Source: Fonticula alba ATCC 38817 (Eukaryota > Protista > Nucleariida). Taken from it: a DNA stretch of 64,000 bases. The position numbers were made by a program, and so were the translations under genes. The DNA lies in NCBI GenBank assembly GCA_000388065.2, contig KB932201.1. One strand, written 5' to 3'. Positions 25,101 through 38,417 of this stretch are shown here, piece by piece (position 1 is the first letter of the stretch; each line of letters begins with the position of its first letter). Under the pieces are notes generated by a model that saw only the letters and a list, made by a program, of their open reading frames with translations, was not told the origin of the DNA and made no database searches.

Positions 25101-26017
25101 ATGGAGGGGAGGGGGTGGAGAAAGAGAGAGAGAGAGGCTGGAAGGAGGGGAGAGGGGGAGAAAACTCGGGAGACGGACTCTGGTAAGGAGGCTGCCTCAT
25201 CTGCAAGTTGCTCACCTTGCCCGGGCCAGGCACCTTATATACCTCCCCTTGAGGGAGCGGACTTCACCCGTTTCGGTGGCGGGCTTAGCCCGTCTCGGCG
25301 GCGGACAGTCGAACTGAGCCCCCCTCCTCTCCGGAACACCGCCTCCGGCAAGGGGAGACCTCCTGCATCAACGCGCGCATGTTCCTCCAGCGCGGCGCAC
25401 GGGCACCCTGGGACGGGCTTACCTCGGGCCCGCGCCGGAAATGGGGAAAGCGCGCCAGTTGGCTTCGCAACCCCCCCCCCCCCCCCCTCGCGCCCGGATA
25501 CCCAGCACCGCGTTGTGGCCCGCCCAGGAACGAACATAACGGGACGGGACGCAGGAAACCCGCCCTGCCCCCCTCCCCCCCCCCCGCCCGCGGCACTGGG
25601 AACAGGTTCCGCGCGTACCGGCCCGAAGGAAAGAACCCAATCCATCCGGGGGTGGGAGGGAGGGGGAAAAAGCACAAAAGCTCGAATTTTAATACCTCTC
25701 AATTTGTACCTCGCCCCGAGTTTTTGAAAAGATCCACTTGCTGGGGGAGCTGGACAAAAAAAGGAGCACGCCCAAGGGCCCGAAAAAGTACACGCCCAAC
25801 CCTTCTCCTGTTCCCCCCCCCGCGCCCAGGGTCGCCTCTGCGCCTTCTTGGGGAAGCCGAAAATCGCCGCGCCTGCTACCGACTAGACCAAATGCCACTT
25901 GTGCCAGGACGCCAACCAACCCTCCCTCATGGCCTCGCTCCTCGCAAGCCGGCCGGGGGAGGGCAACTGACGCGCTCCGCTAGCCACTTCGGAACAGAAC
26001 ACCACAATAGTCTGCCT

Positions 26018-26072
26018 ATTCAGATCCACTTAAAACGCTATTGTTCGATCACACCGGAGTCGCTCATCACAC
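26018..26072 (-). ncRNA. Weak candidate box C/D-like RNA between SmF and VPS35L
   Basis: GTGATGA (26070-26064) ... CTGA (26023-26020) in an AT-rich island. No rRNA complement recognised. Confidence 0.3.
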
Positions 26073-26849
26073 CACCGAGACCGCCTCACCCGGGCGGTGT
26101 TTATTATTGCCGACGCTGCCGGGGTCTGCCACTGGGCGTCCCACCCCTCCCCAGCCAAGGTGACCTGTGCTCACTTCGGCTCCCGGCGGTCCTCCCGAGG
26201 ACTCCCTCGCCCCGCCCGGTGATCCGCACACCAAGGACTCTCCCCCCCCCCCCCCCCCCCCCCCTGCCCTCCTTGGCAGACCGGAGACACAAGGACCGGG
26301 TGTGTTGGGCGAAGTGGCGGGTATGAAGGCCCGGCAAGAAGGGGCCTTTGTCCCGGGCGTTGCTCTTGAGCCCGAGTGGCTCGCGTCTTTTTTTTCTTGT
26401 GCCCTCACACCACTGCCGGGCACCCCCCGTTGTTATTTTGTGACCTTGACCGGGGGGGGGGGCGGGGCGGGGCGGGGGGGATCTTCTTTCCCAGCACAGG
26501 TTGGTGCCCGTTCCGCCGGCTGAGGACGCCCCACGCCCAGGCCGGAGGGACCGCCCCTCGTCCTCTTGCCGAGAGGGGGCGGCCGGGGGAGGGGTCATCT
26601 CCGGGACTGCCATCTGACGACGACTAGCGGGGGTGGCCCCGGCTGGGCTTTTCAGATCCCCCTCCGCCTGAGCGGCGCCCCCGCCGGAGACACGCCTCCT
26701 CCGACTCTTTCGAGCACCCCCTCCCCTCCCTCCCCCGCTCTGCCTCTGCCCGCCGACCACACCCACCGCGCTTCTCGCACTCGCTGCCTCGCCCCCTCCC
26801 CCTCCCCCTTGCGGTCCCGCACGTGCCCGTCGCCCTTCCGCTCCCGACC

Positions 26850-28803
26850 ATGGCCGACTCCGCCGACCAGCACTCCCCCCTCGAGTGGTACGTGAGGGCC
26901 GCCACCTCGCGCTGGTCCTTCTTTTGTTCCGCCACTCGTGCCGCCGTGCCCGTTTGGACATCCGATCGCGACTGACCCACCTGCGCCCTGCCCTTGTCAT
27001 GTGTGCACGCGTGTGTGTATGTTTGCGCGTGGTTGTGGCCCATCGCGGGCCTTGTTGAACCCTCCCCCCCCTCCCTCCCCCCCCACACCCCCACAGGCCC
27101 AGCAGCCGACCCATTAAGCTGGACCTCGCGGCCACTACCCCCCTGCCTGCGGTCTCCGTGAGCCAGGAGGATCATCCGCTCGCCGTCAAGGCCAACGTTG
27201 TGATCGTCACCACCTCCAGCGACAAGGCCGTCGAGGTATGCCCGCCTGTGCCCGGCCCCATGGCCATAGCGCCACCTCTTTTCTTTGCCCCCCCCCTCCC
27301 TATCCAACCTCCTCTCACCCACGCCCCTCCTCCCCCTGGCACCCGCCCCCGTTCCAAAGAGCCCGAAGGCTCTGTCGGTCGAGGACAAGATCGATCCAAG
27401 CCTGGATCCGCTGGGTGCCGCCCTCGCGGCCGCCACCTCCCGTCAGACGGAGCCCGAGGCCTTCGTCGACCCTCTCTCCGCGCATCTGGCCGTACGGCNN
27501 NNNNNNNNNNNNNNNNNNNNNNNNNNNNNNNNNNNNNNNNNNNNNNNNNNNNNNNNNNNNNNNNNNNNNNNNNNNNNNNNNNNNNNNNNNNNNNNNNNNN
27601 NNNNNNNNNNNNNNNNNNNNNNNNNNNNNNNNNNNNNNNNNNNNNNNNNNNNNNNNNNNNNNNNNNNNNNNNNNNNNNNNNNNNNNNNNNNNNNNNNNNN
27701 NNNNNNNNNNNNNNNNNNNNNNNNNNNNNNNNNNNNNNNNNNNNNNNNNNNNNNNNNNNNNNNNNNNNNNNNNNNNNNNNCCCCCCTTCCCCTCCCCCCC
27801 CCTCCCTCCGCCCTGCCCCATGCTCAGTTGACCGCACCCAGGCCCGGCTCGACTCACTTTCCGATCCGGATAGCATGCTGCAGACCCGGCGCGACCTGAC
27901 CCAGCAGGAGTACACCAAGCACATTGACTTCCTGCACCAGCAGCTGGTGTCCTCCTGGGCGGCGGACCAGCGAGTCACCTCGCTGAAGATCGCCATCCAA
28001 AATGCCAAGACCATGACCAACACCGAGGTCCTGCAGTTCTACCCCTCGAAGTTTGTCCTGTCTACCGAGATCCTGGACACCTTCGGCAAGCTGGTGTACG
28101 AGCGCATCCTGGAGCGCAGTGGCCGGCCCTCGGTCGATGCGCCCCCCTCCTCCGACCCGCAGGCCTTCGAGCGGAATGAGTCGGCCAAGGAGATGTGCAA
28201 GAATTGGTTCTACAAGATTGCCTCCATCCGAGAGCTCATTCCTCGCATGTACATTGAGATGGCCCTGCTGGCATGCTATCGGTTCCTGTCGCTCACCGAG
28301 TACGACACGGCCCTCGAGCGCCTGGCCAAGATGTGTCGCGGCATCGGCGACCCGCTGATCGCCGCCTACTGCCGGGCCTACATCTGTCGCAAGGGCATGG
28401 AGGTGTCGCCGAAGCTGCGCAAGCACCTGTACATCGTCTTCGAGGACTTCTGCACCTCCTTCTCCCAGCTGACGCCGGACCGCCTGCAGCACATCCTGCG
28501 CGAATGTGAGCTTTCCTTCTCCGAGTACCTGGCCCTCTTTGTGCCGGCCCTCGAGTGGATTCTCCAGTGCCTGTCTCACCGGTCTTCCGACGACACTCTC
28601 AACACCATCCTCCACTGGTATGAGCGCTGCAACAATTCCCTGGTCCTGGATGCGGTCATGACCTCCTTCGATCCGAAGTATGTGTCGGACAATGCGCTGC
28701 GCTTCGCCGATCTCATCAAGAAAGCCGACGGGCTTGGGTGCCCGCAGGTGTGTCGCGTCCCCGGCTGCCCGATTGCCCGCCTACTCTCTCCCTCCCTCTC
28801 TCC

Positions 28804-28834
<31 letters not shown>

Positions 28835-30720
28835 CATGGGCTTCGCTCTGTCGTGTTTTCTCGCCCCTCTTTTCTTTTCCCCCTCTTTTACACACACACA
28901 CACACGTGCGCGGCCATGCAGCCGGATTGACCATGCATTTGTCAAAATCAGCATCAACTCTACATGTCCTTCGGCCTGAGTCTCGTCCTGTCGTACCCCG
29001 ACAAGGCAGTTCTCCGGCGGATTTTGCGCGACCACTGGAAGGTCATTGTGCAGCTGGAGAACCCGGATGACTTCCTCCGTTGCGCCGATGTATACATCGA
29101 GATCCCGGCCAAGCACTTTACCGCGGCCGATGTGGACCATCTGCTCGGGGACATTGTCCGTCGTGTTGGCGAGTTGCCCACTTCGACGGTGTCCACTGGC
29201 GCCGGCAGCCCCGGGGCCATTGCCGCGGCGGCGGCCGCCGCCGCCCCGATCGTATCTGGAGCTGCCTCCCCCACTGCCGGAGCCGCCGCCCCGATCAGCA
29301 CTCTGACCCTGGAGCAGGCCCTGCCCCGGCTACAGTCGATCCTGGACAAGATCCTGACGCATCTCCGGAACTTCTCGGATCTCTTCGAGATGCGGCACTT
29401 CCTGCCGATGGTGGATCTTTTCCAGACGGACCTGGTCATTCGCAATGAGGTCTGCAAGAGCATCCTCACGCGCTTTGCCTACCCGGGCTCCACGTCGCTC
29501 TTCGTGTCGGCCGTCGATCGGTCCGAGGTCCTGGCCGAGGCGACCCAGCTCCTGACCGACCTGCCGCGCGTCAATACCATGATGTACTTCGCCAAGTCCC
29601 TGCACGATTCGGTCAACATCATGACCGTCGACGATGAGCGCCGGCAGATCACCGAGCTGATCCTGGCCTTCGTTCGCCGTGTGCGTGTCTACTCGCCAAA
29701 GTCCGGCTCACGCGAATGCTCCTCCATCCTCATCATCCCCCCGCCCCCCCCCCCCCCTATCGCGCCCTTCTGCTTGTTTATTCNNNNNNNNNNNNNNNNN
29801 NNNNNNNNNNNNNNNNNNNNNNNNNNNNNNNNNNNNNNNNNNNNNNNNNNNNNNNNNNNNNNNNNNNNNNNNNNNNNNNNNNNNNNNNNNNNNNNNNNNN
29901 NNNNNNNNNNNNNNNNNNNNNNNNNNNNNNNNNNNNNNNNNNNNNNNNNNNNNNNNNNNNNNNNNNNNNNNNNNNNNNNNNNNNNNNNNNNNNNNNNNNN
30001 NNNNNNNNNNNNNNNNNNNNNNNNNNNNNNNNNNNNNNNNNNNNNNNNNNNNNNNNNNNNNNNNNNNNNNNNNNNNNNNNNNNNNNNNNNNNNNNNNNNN
30101 NNNNNNNNNNNNNNNNNNNNNNNNNNNNNNNNNNNNNNNNNNNNNNNNNNNNNNNNNNNNNNNNNNNNNNNNNNNNNNNNNNNNNNNNNNNNNNNNNNNN
30201 NNNNNNNNNNNNNNNNNNNNNNNNNNNNNNNNNNNNNNNNNNNNNNNNNNNNNNNNNNNNNNNNNNNNNNNNNNNNNNNNNNNNNNNNNNNNNNNNNNNN
30301 NNNNNNNNNNNNNNNNNNNNNNNNNNNNNNNNNNNNNNNNNNNNNNNNNNNNNNNNNNNNNNNNNNNNNNNNNNNNNNNNNNNNNNNNNNNNNNNNNNNN
30401 NNNNNNNNNNNNNNNNNNNNNNNNNNNNNNNNNNNNNNNNNNNNNNNNNNNNNNNNNNNNTCGGATGAGTGGCTGGTCAGCTACATCGCCAATGTGGCGT
30501 CCTTCCTGATCGGTCTCCCCGGCAGCCCGGACCAGGGTCCCTTCTTCATCCTCCGGCAGTTCCTTGAGGCGCTGGAGTCCTACCCCTGGAACAACACCTC
30601 CGACGGCAAGGCCTGGTGCTTCCTCTCCATCATGAAGGCCCTTTCGCACCTGCGCACCAACCGGTCCCGCTTCAACTACCTTGGTGGTACGCTGCCTGCT
30701 CTTCCGCGCTTCCCCCCCCT

Positions 30721-30751
<31 letters not shown>

Positions 30752-31158
30752 CCCGTTGTTGACAAGTGCTCCTGCCGCCTCCCAAACCGCCCTGCCATTT
30801 ATATCACTTTCACTTGCATGGCCACGGGGCTCCGCGCACAGTCATCCCCAACAGCGTCCTCTATGACAGCGATGACCGGTACGAGGCCGAGGTGGATAGT
30901 CTGCTGGACATCATCGCCGAGCAGGTGACCGCGCACTTGGCCGACTTGAAGCGCGAGGATAGCTCCCATGCGGCTGCCCGTCGGGCCACTCTTTCCCTGC
31001 ACCTGTCGCACATCCTCAACGATTACTTCTCCTGCACCGAAGCCACCGGCGCCATGGCCCTGTTGCAGAGCGCTCGGGCCAACCTTCGCGAGACCAGCTC
31101 TCATCTGCCGACCAGTCTGCATGCCCTTTTCCGCTCGGATCCGTCGGTGGTTTCCTGA
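26850..31158 (+). CDS. VPS35L: VPS35L (C16orf62), Retriever/Commander subunit, multi-exon, two N-gaps inside
   Basis: DHPL and VDPL motifs; LTQQEYTKHI..SWAADQRVTSLKIAIQ..VLQFYPSKFVLSTEILDTFGKLVYERI; WFYKIASIRELIPRMYIEMALL; RGIGDPLIAAYCRAY. Confidence 0.95.
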
Positions 31159-31484
31159 GTCGGGCAACGCCTATGGCAGGGGTAGGAGGGCGAGGGGGGA
31201 TATTCTTCCCTTTTTATGGTGTTCCTCCGTGCGACGTCCCCTGCCTCCCCCCTCCCATCTTCTCGTCCCTGAAACGCCCCATCCGCCTCTCCCTCCCTCC
31301 CTCCCTCCCTCCCTCCCCCCTGCCTCTTGTATACCGAAATAAAGTCTCCTACCAGCCACGCGAGGGATCCTTCCTGTTGGCTCCGCAGGCCCACTTGGCA
31401 GCCAGCATGACAGTGCTCGAACAGCAGCCGGATGTATTTTCGGTGGATGTACTCCACGTGGTGGCCCCCGCATGTGGCCGCCAC

Positions 31485-32188
31485 TTAGAGAAGCTCCCCG
31501 CCAGCGGCCAGGCCCTGGCGGATGCGCTCCTCCTGATCGAACTCCTCCAGCCCAGGCAGGGCATCACAATTGCCACCGAGTTTCCCGATCTCCCGACGCA
31601 GGCTGGCAATTTGGGCCACGGTCTTGTCGATGATGGGGTCATTCTCGGTGATGGCCTCCGCCGCGTCAGCGTCCCCTGCATCGGCGAAGGGCTGGAGCTC
31701 GCGCTGTGTGTGCCGCAGGCATTTCAGCGACAAGAGGGCCTGCTGCAGCTCCAGCCGCATCAGCTCGACATTGTTGGCGCTCACAGTATTGACTGGCGGT
31801 CTGATGGGGTGGTTATGGGTGTCGGGTGCTTGGTTAGGACAGAGCACTGCACAGCGACGGCGACAGCAGCAGGGCTGGTGTGGAAGAGGTTGGGGGGGGG
31901 GGGGGGGAGAGGACACGCAAAGGGAACATACCTGGCAGGGGCCGCAGCGGCCGGCGGGTTGGCGGCATTCTTCATCAACTTATCTCGAGAGCCCACGAGA
32001 AAAATCCCGGGCGCCAACTCGTGCTCAATCAAATCAGCCCCAAGGCCGCTGCCGGGAGCCGAGCCAACCGCCGCCGCCATCCGCGCGTGGCTGGCCGGGT
32101 CCAGAGCCGGCGCATTTGCCAACGACTCGGGGGTGGGAAGCTTGAAGGAGGACTGCTCGGGATGATGGGAATTCGAGGATGAGGACAT
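31485..32188 (-). CDS. Hypothetical 190-aa protein with C-terminal helical/coiled-coil region, 2 exons (32188-31932, 31800-31485)
   Basis: GT-AG intron with CTAAC branch point joins the two ORFs in frame: ...APAR|PPVNTVSANNVELMRLELQQALLSLKCLRHTQRELQPFADAGDADAAEAITENDPIIDKTVAQIASLRREI...GGELL*. Confidence 0.75.
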
Positions 32189-32190
32189 GC

Positions 32191-32223
<33 letters not shown>

Positions 32224-32943
32224 GTGTGTGTGTGTGTTTGAGTGGGCAGACGAGCGCGCGTGCGGACGTCGCGCAGGCGCAGGGGAGGCTAGGGAGAGGA
32301 GGTGGGAGAGAGAGAGAGAGAGGACCGTGTGGCAGGTATGCGAGCCGACCCAATCCGGAGCCCTTGGATGGCTGCAGAAATGCCCGCGATCGACGGCCAG
32401 CAGTCTGCCCCCTGCATCAGGCCTTCTCCGCCACGCCCCCTGAGTGGAGTAAGGTTGACAATCATGATCGCCTACTTCCCCCCCCCCCCCCCCCCCCCCC
32501 CCTCCCTCCAGCCGGCTAGAGCCTTCTCCTTCCAAGCGGCCGGACGCACACCAGGAGAGGGGCGATCGCGCGTCGGTGCGTCTCTCCTGTCTTTCGAAAA
32601 GGGCGGCACAAGAGTGGGCAGTCGTGCGAGAGGCGCGATCCCATGACGCGAAGGCGCGCTCCACACTCCAGCCCCTGTGCAAGTGCCCCCGGACCAGGCG
32701 GTGGTGGTGCATCCATCTTTTGACACCGACCCTGGAGTCCAGTGCCTCTGGGCAGGGGGCTTCCTCCTGGGGGGGGGGGGGGGGAAGGTTCGTAGGAGGG
32801 GAGGATTTCAGGACCGGGTTCCCGGGGCTGGAGGTCCTCAGGACTCGCATCCGCACATGCCCCTGCCACCCCTCGCTCGCTCTGCACTTGTGCCTCGCTC
32901 CTTCTCCTCCCCCCCCTCTCCCCCCCCCCTCGCCCGTGTAGTC

Positions 32944-33917
32944 ATGAACCTCGCCAGCCTGCTCGCCCCGCAGAAGAAGACAGCCAAGAGTCCGCCGGCC
33001 CCGGTGGTCCCGCTGCTCAATGAGCCGATCACTGAGGCTCAGGCGGCTCGCTTTGGTGGCCTGCGTGCGACCATCGCCTCGGGCATCGCTGCCGGGGAGC
33101 TTTACGACGCTTTGGAATCCATCAATGCTCTCTTCACCCGGTGCGCACTTCACCAGTGTCTCGTCGTACCTCCTTCGCGCCCGTGCTCTCTTCTTCCTGC
33201 TGACACAGACTTCATGATGGATTGTGCCTTCGTCGGGTGCGTGTGCCGGCTCTGGCAGCCTCATGCGCGCGAAGCAGTTCAAGGAGGCCTTCGATGTGAG
33301 CATGGAGTTTTCGAAGCTTTTCTTCGCGGCCGGTGTGCGCCATCACCCGAACGCCGTGTCTCTGAGCAACTCCCTCTCCACCAAGCTGCTGGTGCCGAAG
33401 CGCATCGCCTTCAGCCCGGAACTGTCCTCGGCGGTGGTCAACACCCTGGTCGAGGCTGATGCCCAGCTCAAGGAGAAGGCTGCCGCTGCCGGCCCCGCCG
33501 GTGCCGAGGACTTTGCCTGGAGTGAGGAGGCTCTGCTGAGCTGGCTGAATTTCTTCTTCAAGTACGTCTTTCCAATGCCGTCCTCTCTTCAACTGCCGCC
33601 TGTTCTGGCCGACCGTTCGCCGGTCGCTCGCCCGGTCGCTCGCCCGGCCACTCACCCTCCCCCCTTGACCCCCTGCTCGGCTCTCGTTCTACTTGCTGTC
33701 GCCGATTGGCTTTCCTCAGCTGGATCCAGGCGGTGGATCCGGCCAGCACCGGCTCCTTCTCCCTGGCCGTGGGCTGCTTTGCCAAGAAGGGTCCGTTTCC
33801 TTTTCTTTTCGTCGCGCCTCCTCCTCTCCCTTCCTCTCCCTTCCTCTCTCTCTCTCTCTCTGTGATACTGCCCCTGGCCCCCTCACGTGCTCACTCTCCC
33901 TTTTTCTTCAACATACT

Positions 33918-33964
<47 letters not shown>

Positions 33965-34888
33965 AACAACAACAACAACAACAACAAACAAACGTGAACG
34001 TATTCCCGCACACGCCTGCTGGGATCTGATAGCCGGTCTCTTCCAGGTTGCCGAGCGTTATCTCCTGTACGGCACCGGCGACGCGCCCGACCAGCTGGTC
34101 TCCCTGCATCTTGGCACCACTGCCAAGGAGCTGACTCCCGAGCTGAAGACCGAGCTTGCCTTCTTCGGCGCTCGCTGTGCACTCAGGTACACCCTCCAAA
34201 TGTCCCCTGCCATCCTCATCGTGTCCCCTCTCTCCGGCTCCCATCGCCCCTCTCTACCATCGGTCCTCCTCATGAGCCCCCTGCTCACCTGTCCCTCTCC
34301 CCCTGATGCAGCTTCCTGGCTCAGACCCGCCCGAAGGACGCCTACCACTTCCTGATGACTTTCGTCAAGACCCTGGTCAAGCTGTATCCCGAGCTGCAGG
34401 CTCACGAGGAGCGCGTGATGACCGCCCCTGGCGTGGGCCTTCCGGCCAACTTCCTCCAGACCGTCCTGCCCCAGCTGACCTACGCTCATCTGGTCCTGAT
34501 CCTGGTCGAGCGCGGCCTCGACCCGAAGGCGCTGGCCTCCCTGCGCATGGTGCTCTCCGAGGGTGTGCTCAATGTCCCGGAGTCGGCCGATCTGAACCGG
34601 GTACGCGCTCTCCCGTGGCGACTTTGTGCAATGCTTGTGTTCTACACTCCCACCCATTCGTCCGACGTTTCGCCTTTCTTCCTTCTTTCTGTCTCTTCCC
34701 CTCCCTCACACCATGACCGTTACCACCACCACCACCACCACCACCACCGCCGCCGCCGCCGCCGCCTGAAAACCATGTCACCCACACGAGCGCAGCTCAC
34801 CAAGACCATCACCCGCAAGTATGGTCGCCCGGAGCATAACAACTTCTACGATAGCCTCTTTCGCACCGTCGGGCAGTCCGATGCCTAA
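32944..34888 (+). CDS. GET4: GET4/TRC35-like tail-anchored protein pretargeting factor, multi-exon
   Basis: LRATIASGIAAGELYDALESINALFTR|LMRAKQFKEAFDVSMEFSKLFF resembles the GET4 N-terminus; FQVAERYLLYG, ELAFFGARCAL and DLNR|LTKTITRKYG follow the order of GET4 helices (recalled). Confidence 0.7.
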
Positions 34889-35275
34889 GCGATTCTAGTG
34901 GCAACGTGCGAGGATGCGCCTGATCACCGGGTGTCACCTCCTTCTTTTCCTTCTCCCAGCCGGGCAGCCGCTCGTATCTGCCCATTTCCGGTCTCCCTGC
35001 CGAGCACGCGCCCGGCGAAATACGCACTTTCACACATACACTCAGATGCACTCGATCCCAGCCTGCTCCTTGTCCTTTTGCCCCTTCCTTTCTGGGAGTC
35101 TATATTGTGTGTCTATGTATTTTGGAGGAGGGGAAGGGTAGGGGGGGGGGGGGGTGCAACTTTGTATCTTTTCGCTTTTTCTTCGCGTAGTTCCGCACGT
35201 GCGCATTCATGCCAGCGGACTATGTGCGTGCGTGCATGCGCGTGGCTACACGGTGTGCAGGATGGCTACACGGTG

Positions 35276-36781
35276 TCAGGTTTGAGCGCGCGAGCGCTGC
35301 TGCTGTGCCTGTTGGGCCTGGTGCTGCATGTGGCGGATGTGCGTGCGAAGCTCCGAGTCATTGAGGGTGAGGCGTGGAACGCGGCGTTCCTTCGGGTGCA
35401 GGGGCGTCCGGCAGCAGGGGCACGGGGCGATCGGATTCGACTGGAGCAGGTCCACCATGCAGCCCGAGTGGAAGACATGGCCACAGAAGTACAGCTGCAC
35501 CGAAAGGTGTGTCAAGCGGACATCCTCGATGCAAATGACGCAGACGTGATTCTCCGGAACCACGGCCCGGGGGGGAGCCAGCGGCCGGATTCGGGGGTTG
35601 CAGCCGCGGTTTTTGGACAGCTTGGGGACCTGCTTGCCGCGGTTGGCCGCCTGGTTGAAAAGGATGTTCACAAACCAGGACACATAGCCCAATCGGGCGA
35701 GGGCCTTGATGTGCTGCAATGCGCCACATTGCGGCCGGAGGGGGGGGGGGGGGGGGGGGGATGTCAGCATCAGGCAAGGGGCCGCAGGGCGACCCGGGCA
35801 GCGTCGTCCATGGCCGGGTCCAGGAGAGGAGAGGCAGCAAAGGTGAGGCCGCTTGGCCATCTTTGGGCGAAGGCGTACCATGTTATTCCGCTCGCACATC
35901 TCCGGGTCATAAACCTCGTCCTCCGGGCCGAGGACCGGCTTGCCGGACCCGGTGTCCTCGGGCTCGCTGTCCGACAGGGGGGGCAGCTTCTCGGTGGGGG
36001 CGTAGCACTTGGCCGAGGTGTGGCCATCGGCACCCTGATCGGCCGCCGGGGGGAAGAACCCCACCGGAGAGGGAGGCTCGGTCTGGATGCCACCGAGCAG
36101 GCTCGCAGGCAGATCGGACGAGCTGGAATCCCGGTCGCCGAGAGCGAAGCGTGCCCCGCCAGCGGGGTCCGACGCCTCGCCAGCAGCATTCGGTTCCAGG
36201 TCGGCCAATGCCCGCAGCGAGGCCAGGTCCGGCAGGGAGGACACGCGACCAAGCTCGCCAGATGCCAAGCCCAAGGCCGGGGCTGGGGCCAGGCTCGGGG
36301 AGTCGGTCGGGGTGATCGGTGCGGCCCCGGTCCGCCGGGCCAGCTGCCCTGCCAGGGCCAGGGTGTCCGTGTGGGACAGGGCATGCACTCCGAGCAGGGC
36401 CCCGAGGACCAGCACCTCCGGGGCGTCCTGCACAAGGAAGCGCAGGAGCAGCTGAGAGCTACTGCTGACGGCGCCGTGCAGCGGCTGCAGGGCCGCCTGC
36501 AGGTGTTGCCGAATTTGGAGCAGTTGCTCCGGCCGCCGATCGCGAAGGTCGCGCAGCCAGCCCGGAACGCGCTCCAACGCGGCAGGAGCCCGCTGGAGGA
36601 GGTCCACCAGGGCGACCTCGTCCAGGGGAGGCGCCCGGGTTCCATTGCGACGATACTGCTCCAGCAGGCGCGCAAACTGCAGGGCCGACGAGTGAAGCAC
36701 CGCCGGCAGGGGGGCCAGCAGGGCGCATGCCAGGGCGCCGGCGTCAATGCCGCCAGACGCCGGGGCCTCGATCCGGGTCAT
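35276..36781 (-). CDS. RING-H2 E3 ubiquitin ligase, probably 2 exons
   Basis: C-terminal CVICIEDV..FCGHVFHSGCM..CPCCR (C3H2C3). A probable in-frame intron (GTACGC...TTGCAG) lies inside the 501-aa ORF. Confidence 0.85.
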   Translation of the reverse strand: MTRIEAPASGGIDAGALACALLAPLPAVLHSSALQFARLLEQYRRNGTRAPPLDEVALVDLLQRAPAALERVPGWLRDLRDRRPEQLLQIRQHLQAALQPLHGAVSSSSQLLLRFLVQDAPEVLVLGALLGVHALSHTDTLALAGQLARRTGAAPITPTDSPSLAPAPALGLASGELGRVSSLPDLASLRALADLEPNAAGEASDPAGGARFALGDRDSSSSDLPASLLGGIQTEPPSPVGFFPPAADQGADGHTSAKCYAPTEKLPPLSDSEPEDTGSGKPVLGPEDEVYDPEMCERNNMVRLRPKMAKRPHLCCLSSPGPGHGRRCPGRPAAPCLMLTSPPPPPPLRPQCGALQHIKALARLGYVSWFVNILFNQAANRGKQVPKLSKNRGCNPRIRPLAPPRAVVPENHVCVICIEDVRLTHLSVQLYFCGHVFHSGCMVDLLQSNPIAPCPCCRTPLHPKERRVPRLTLNDSELRTHIRHMQHQAQQAQQQRSRAQT

Positions 36782-37046
36782 GTGGGATGGAGTTTGACGA
36801 GCGCAATGCAGGCAGGGTGCAAGGGTGGGCAGGGGGATGGGGCGGAGCGGGGCCTGCGTGCAGACAGAGTGCCTGTGCGGGGTGTGGGCCGCGGTGTCGA
36901 AGTGTCGAGGGGAAAAGTGAGGACTCGGAGGCTGGTTTGGAGGCTGGGAGGTACACGGTGGGTCCCGGTGCCTTTACGATGGTCAAGGTAGCGCCAGCAC
37001 ACCAAGGGGCGACTAGGGCCGGGTGTGCAATTATGCGTGTATATGA

Positions 37047-37083
<37 letters not shown>

Positions 37084-38386
37084 AGCCGGTGGATTGGGAG
37101 AGGGGACAGGCGAGCAGAGGGGATGGCGAGCCACAGGGCGAGGAAGTGGCAGAGTATGTATGCATGTGTGAATGTGAGTGTGGGTGCGAGGGGGTGGGGT
37201 TGCCCCCGGGGATGTAGCCCGGGAGGTGGCCAATATAGGGTGTGAGTCAATCGGCAGAGGCGCACACAGGGACAACGACCGGGGGTGAGCACGCGGGCTG
37301 GATGCGCGGCGAGAGGGGGAGAGGCCAAGCGCGCCAGTCGGCGAGTGACCGGGCCGGGCCGGCATAAAAAAGGCCCGATCTGCCTCCAGCACGAGGAGAA
37401 TGCACCTGCGCCGAGCCCTGGAAACAGGCCGTGTGCCAGGGTGGCTGTGTGTCAATGGCGGTGGGAGAGAGAGAGAGAGTGAGCAAGAATATACATGTGG
37501 GTGGAGGGACTGCCCGGGGGGCAGGGGGGGGGGCGCGTGGTTGTTGTGGGTGGCTGACCGGCCCCGGCCCAGGGCACGCACGCGACATGCCTGTTTGTTC
37601 GTGGACCGGTGCCCGCGAGGTCGGGGAGCGGGGATGGAGGCACTCGTGCCTGGGCCCGTTGTCAAAGGGGACCGAGCTCGACGCCCCACCCTTCCGGCCC
37701 CCGCCCCACCCTCCCCCCTGGCCCACCCCCTGGCGGTCGGCCCTCCCCCCCCCCCCACACACACACGGCGCGCGGGGACCCGGAAAAGGGACTGGGCGGT
37801 CTTCATCCGAATCCGGGGTGGGAGGCAGGGAGGGGCCCAGCGTTCACACCATGATGTACAAACAACGTACCGAGGAGCTGTGGTTGTCCGGCCGGCACCG
37901 TCCGTGTGAGCCTGGATCTTGCTCGAGCCAGGCCCCGCAGCCCCCTGGGGTGCGGGTGCGGGTGCGGGCGCGCGCGCCGATGCGTAGGTAGAACGAAAGA
38001 GGGCCCCCCGGGGGGGGAGGGGGGGGGGGGGCGAAGGAAAGCCGGAGGGGATTCGTCGTCTAGGGAGGACGGGGCGGTCTGCATGCCCGCGTGCATGCCA
38101 CTGGTCGCCCACACCACGGCATGGAGCCCCCCAGGACGCGCCCCAACAGCCTGTTGCCGTGGTCGCGCCCGGAGCCCGGATGTTGGCAGCGGCTTCGGCC
38201 CTTGCCCGCCCGCGCCCGCCTCGCCCCTCCGCTGCTGCCCTTGCTCGGCCCCCCTCACCCTTGCCCGTGAGCAGCTCACCCCCCACATACTGCAAGGCGA
38301 TTGGGCAAGGCCAGCACATGGGACCACGCCCACCCTGGTGCGAGTCCTCCCCGGACCAGATGGACACGAAGTAGGCGCACAAGCCC

Positions 38387-38417
<31 letters not shown>

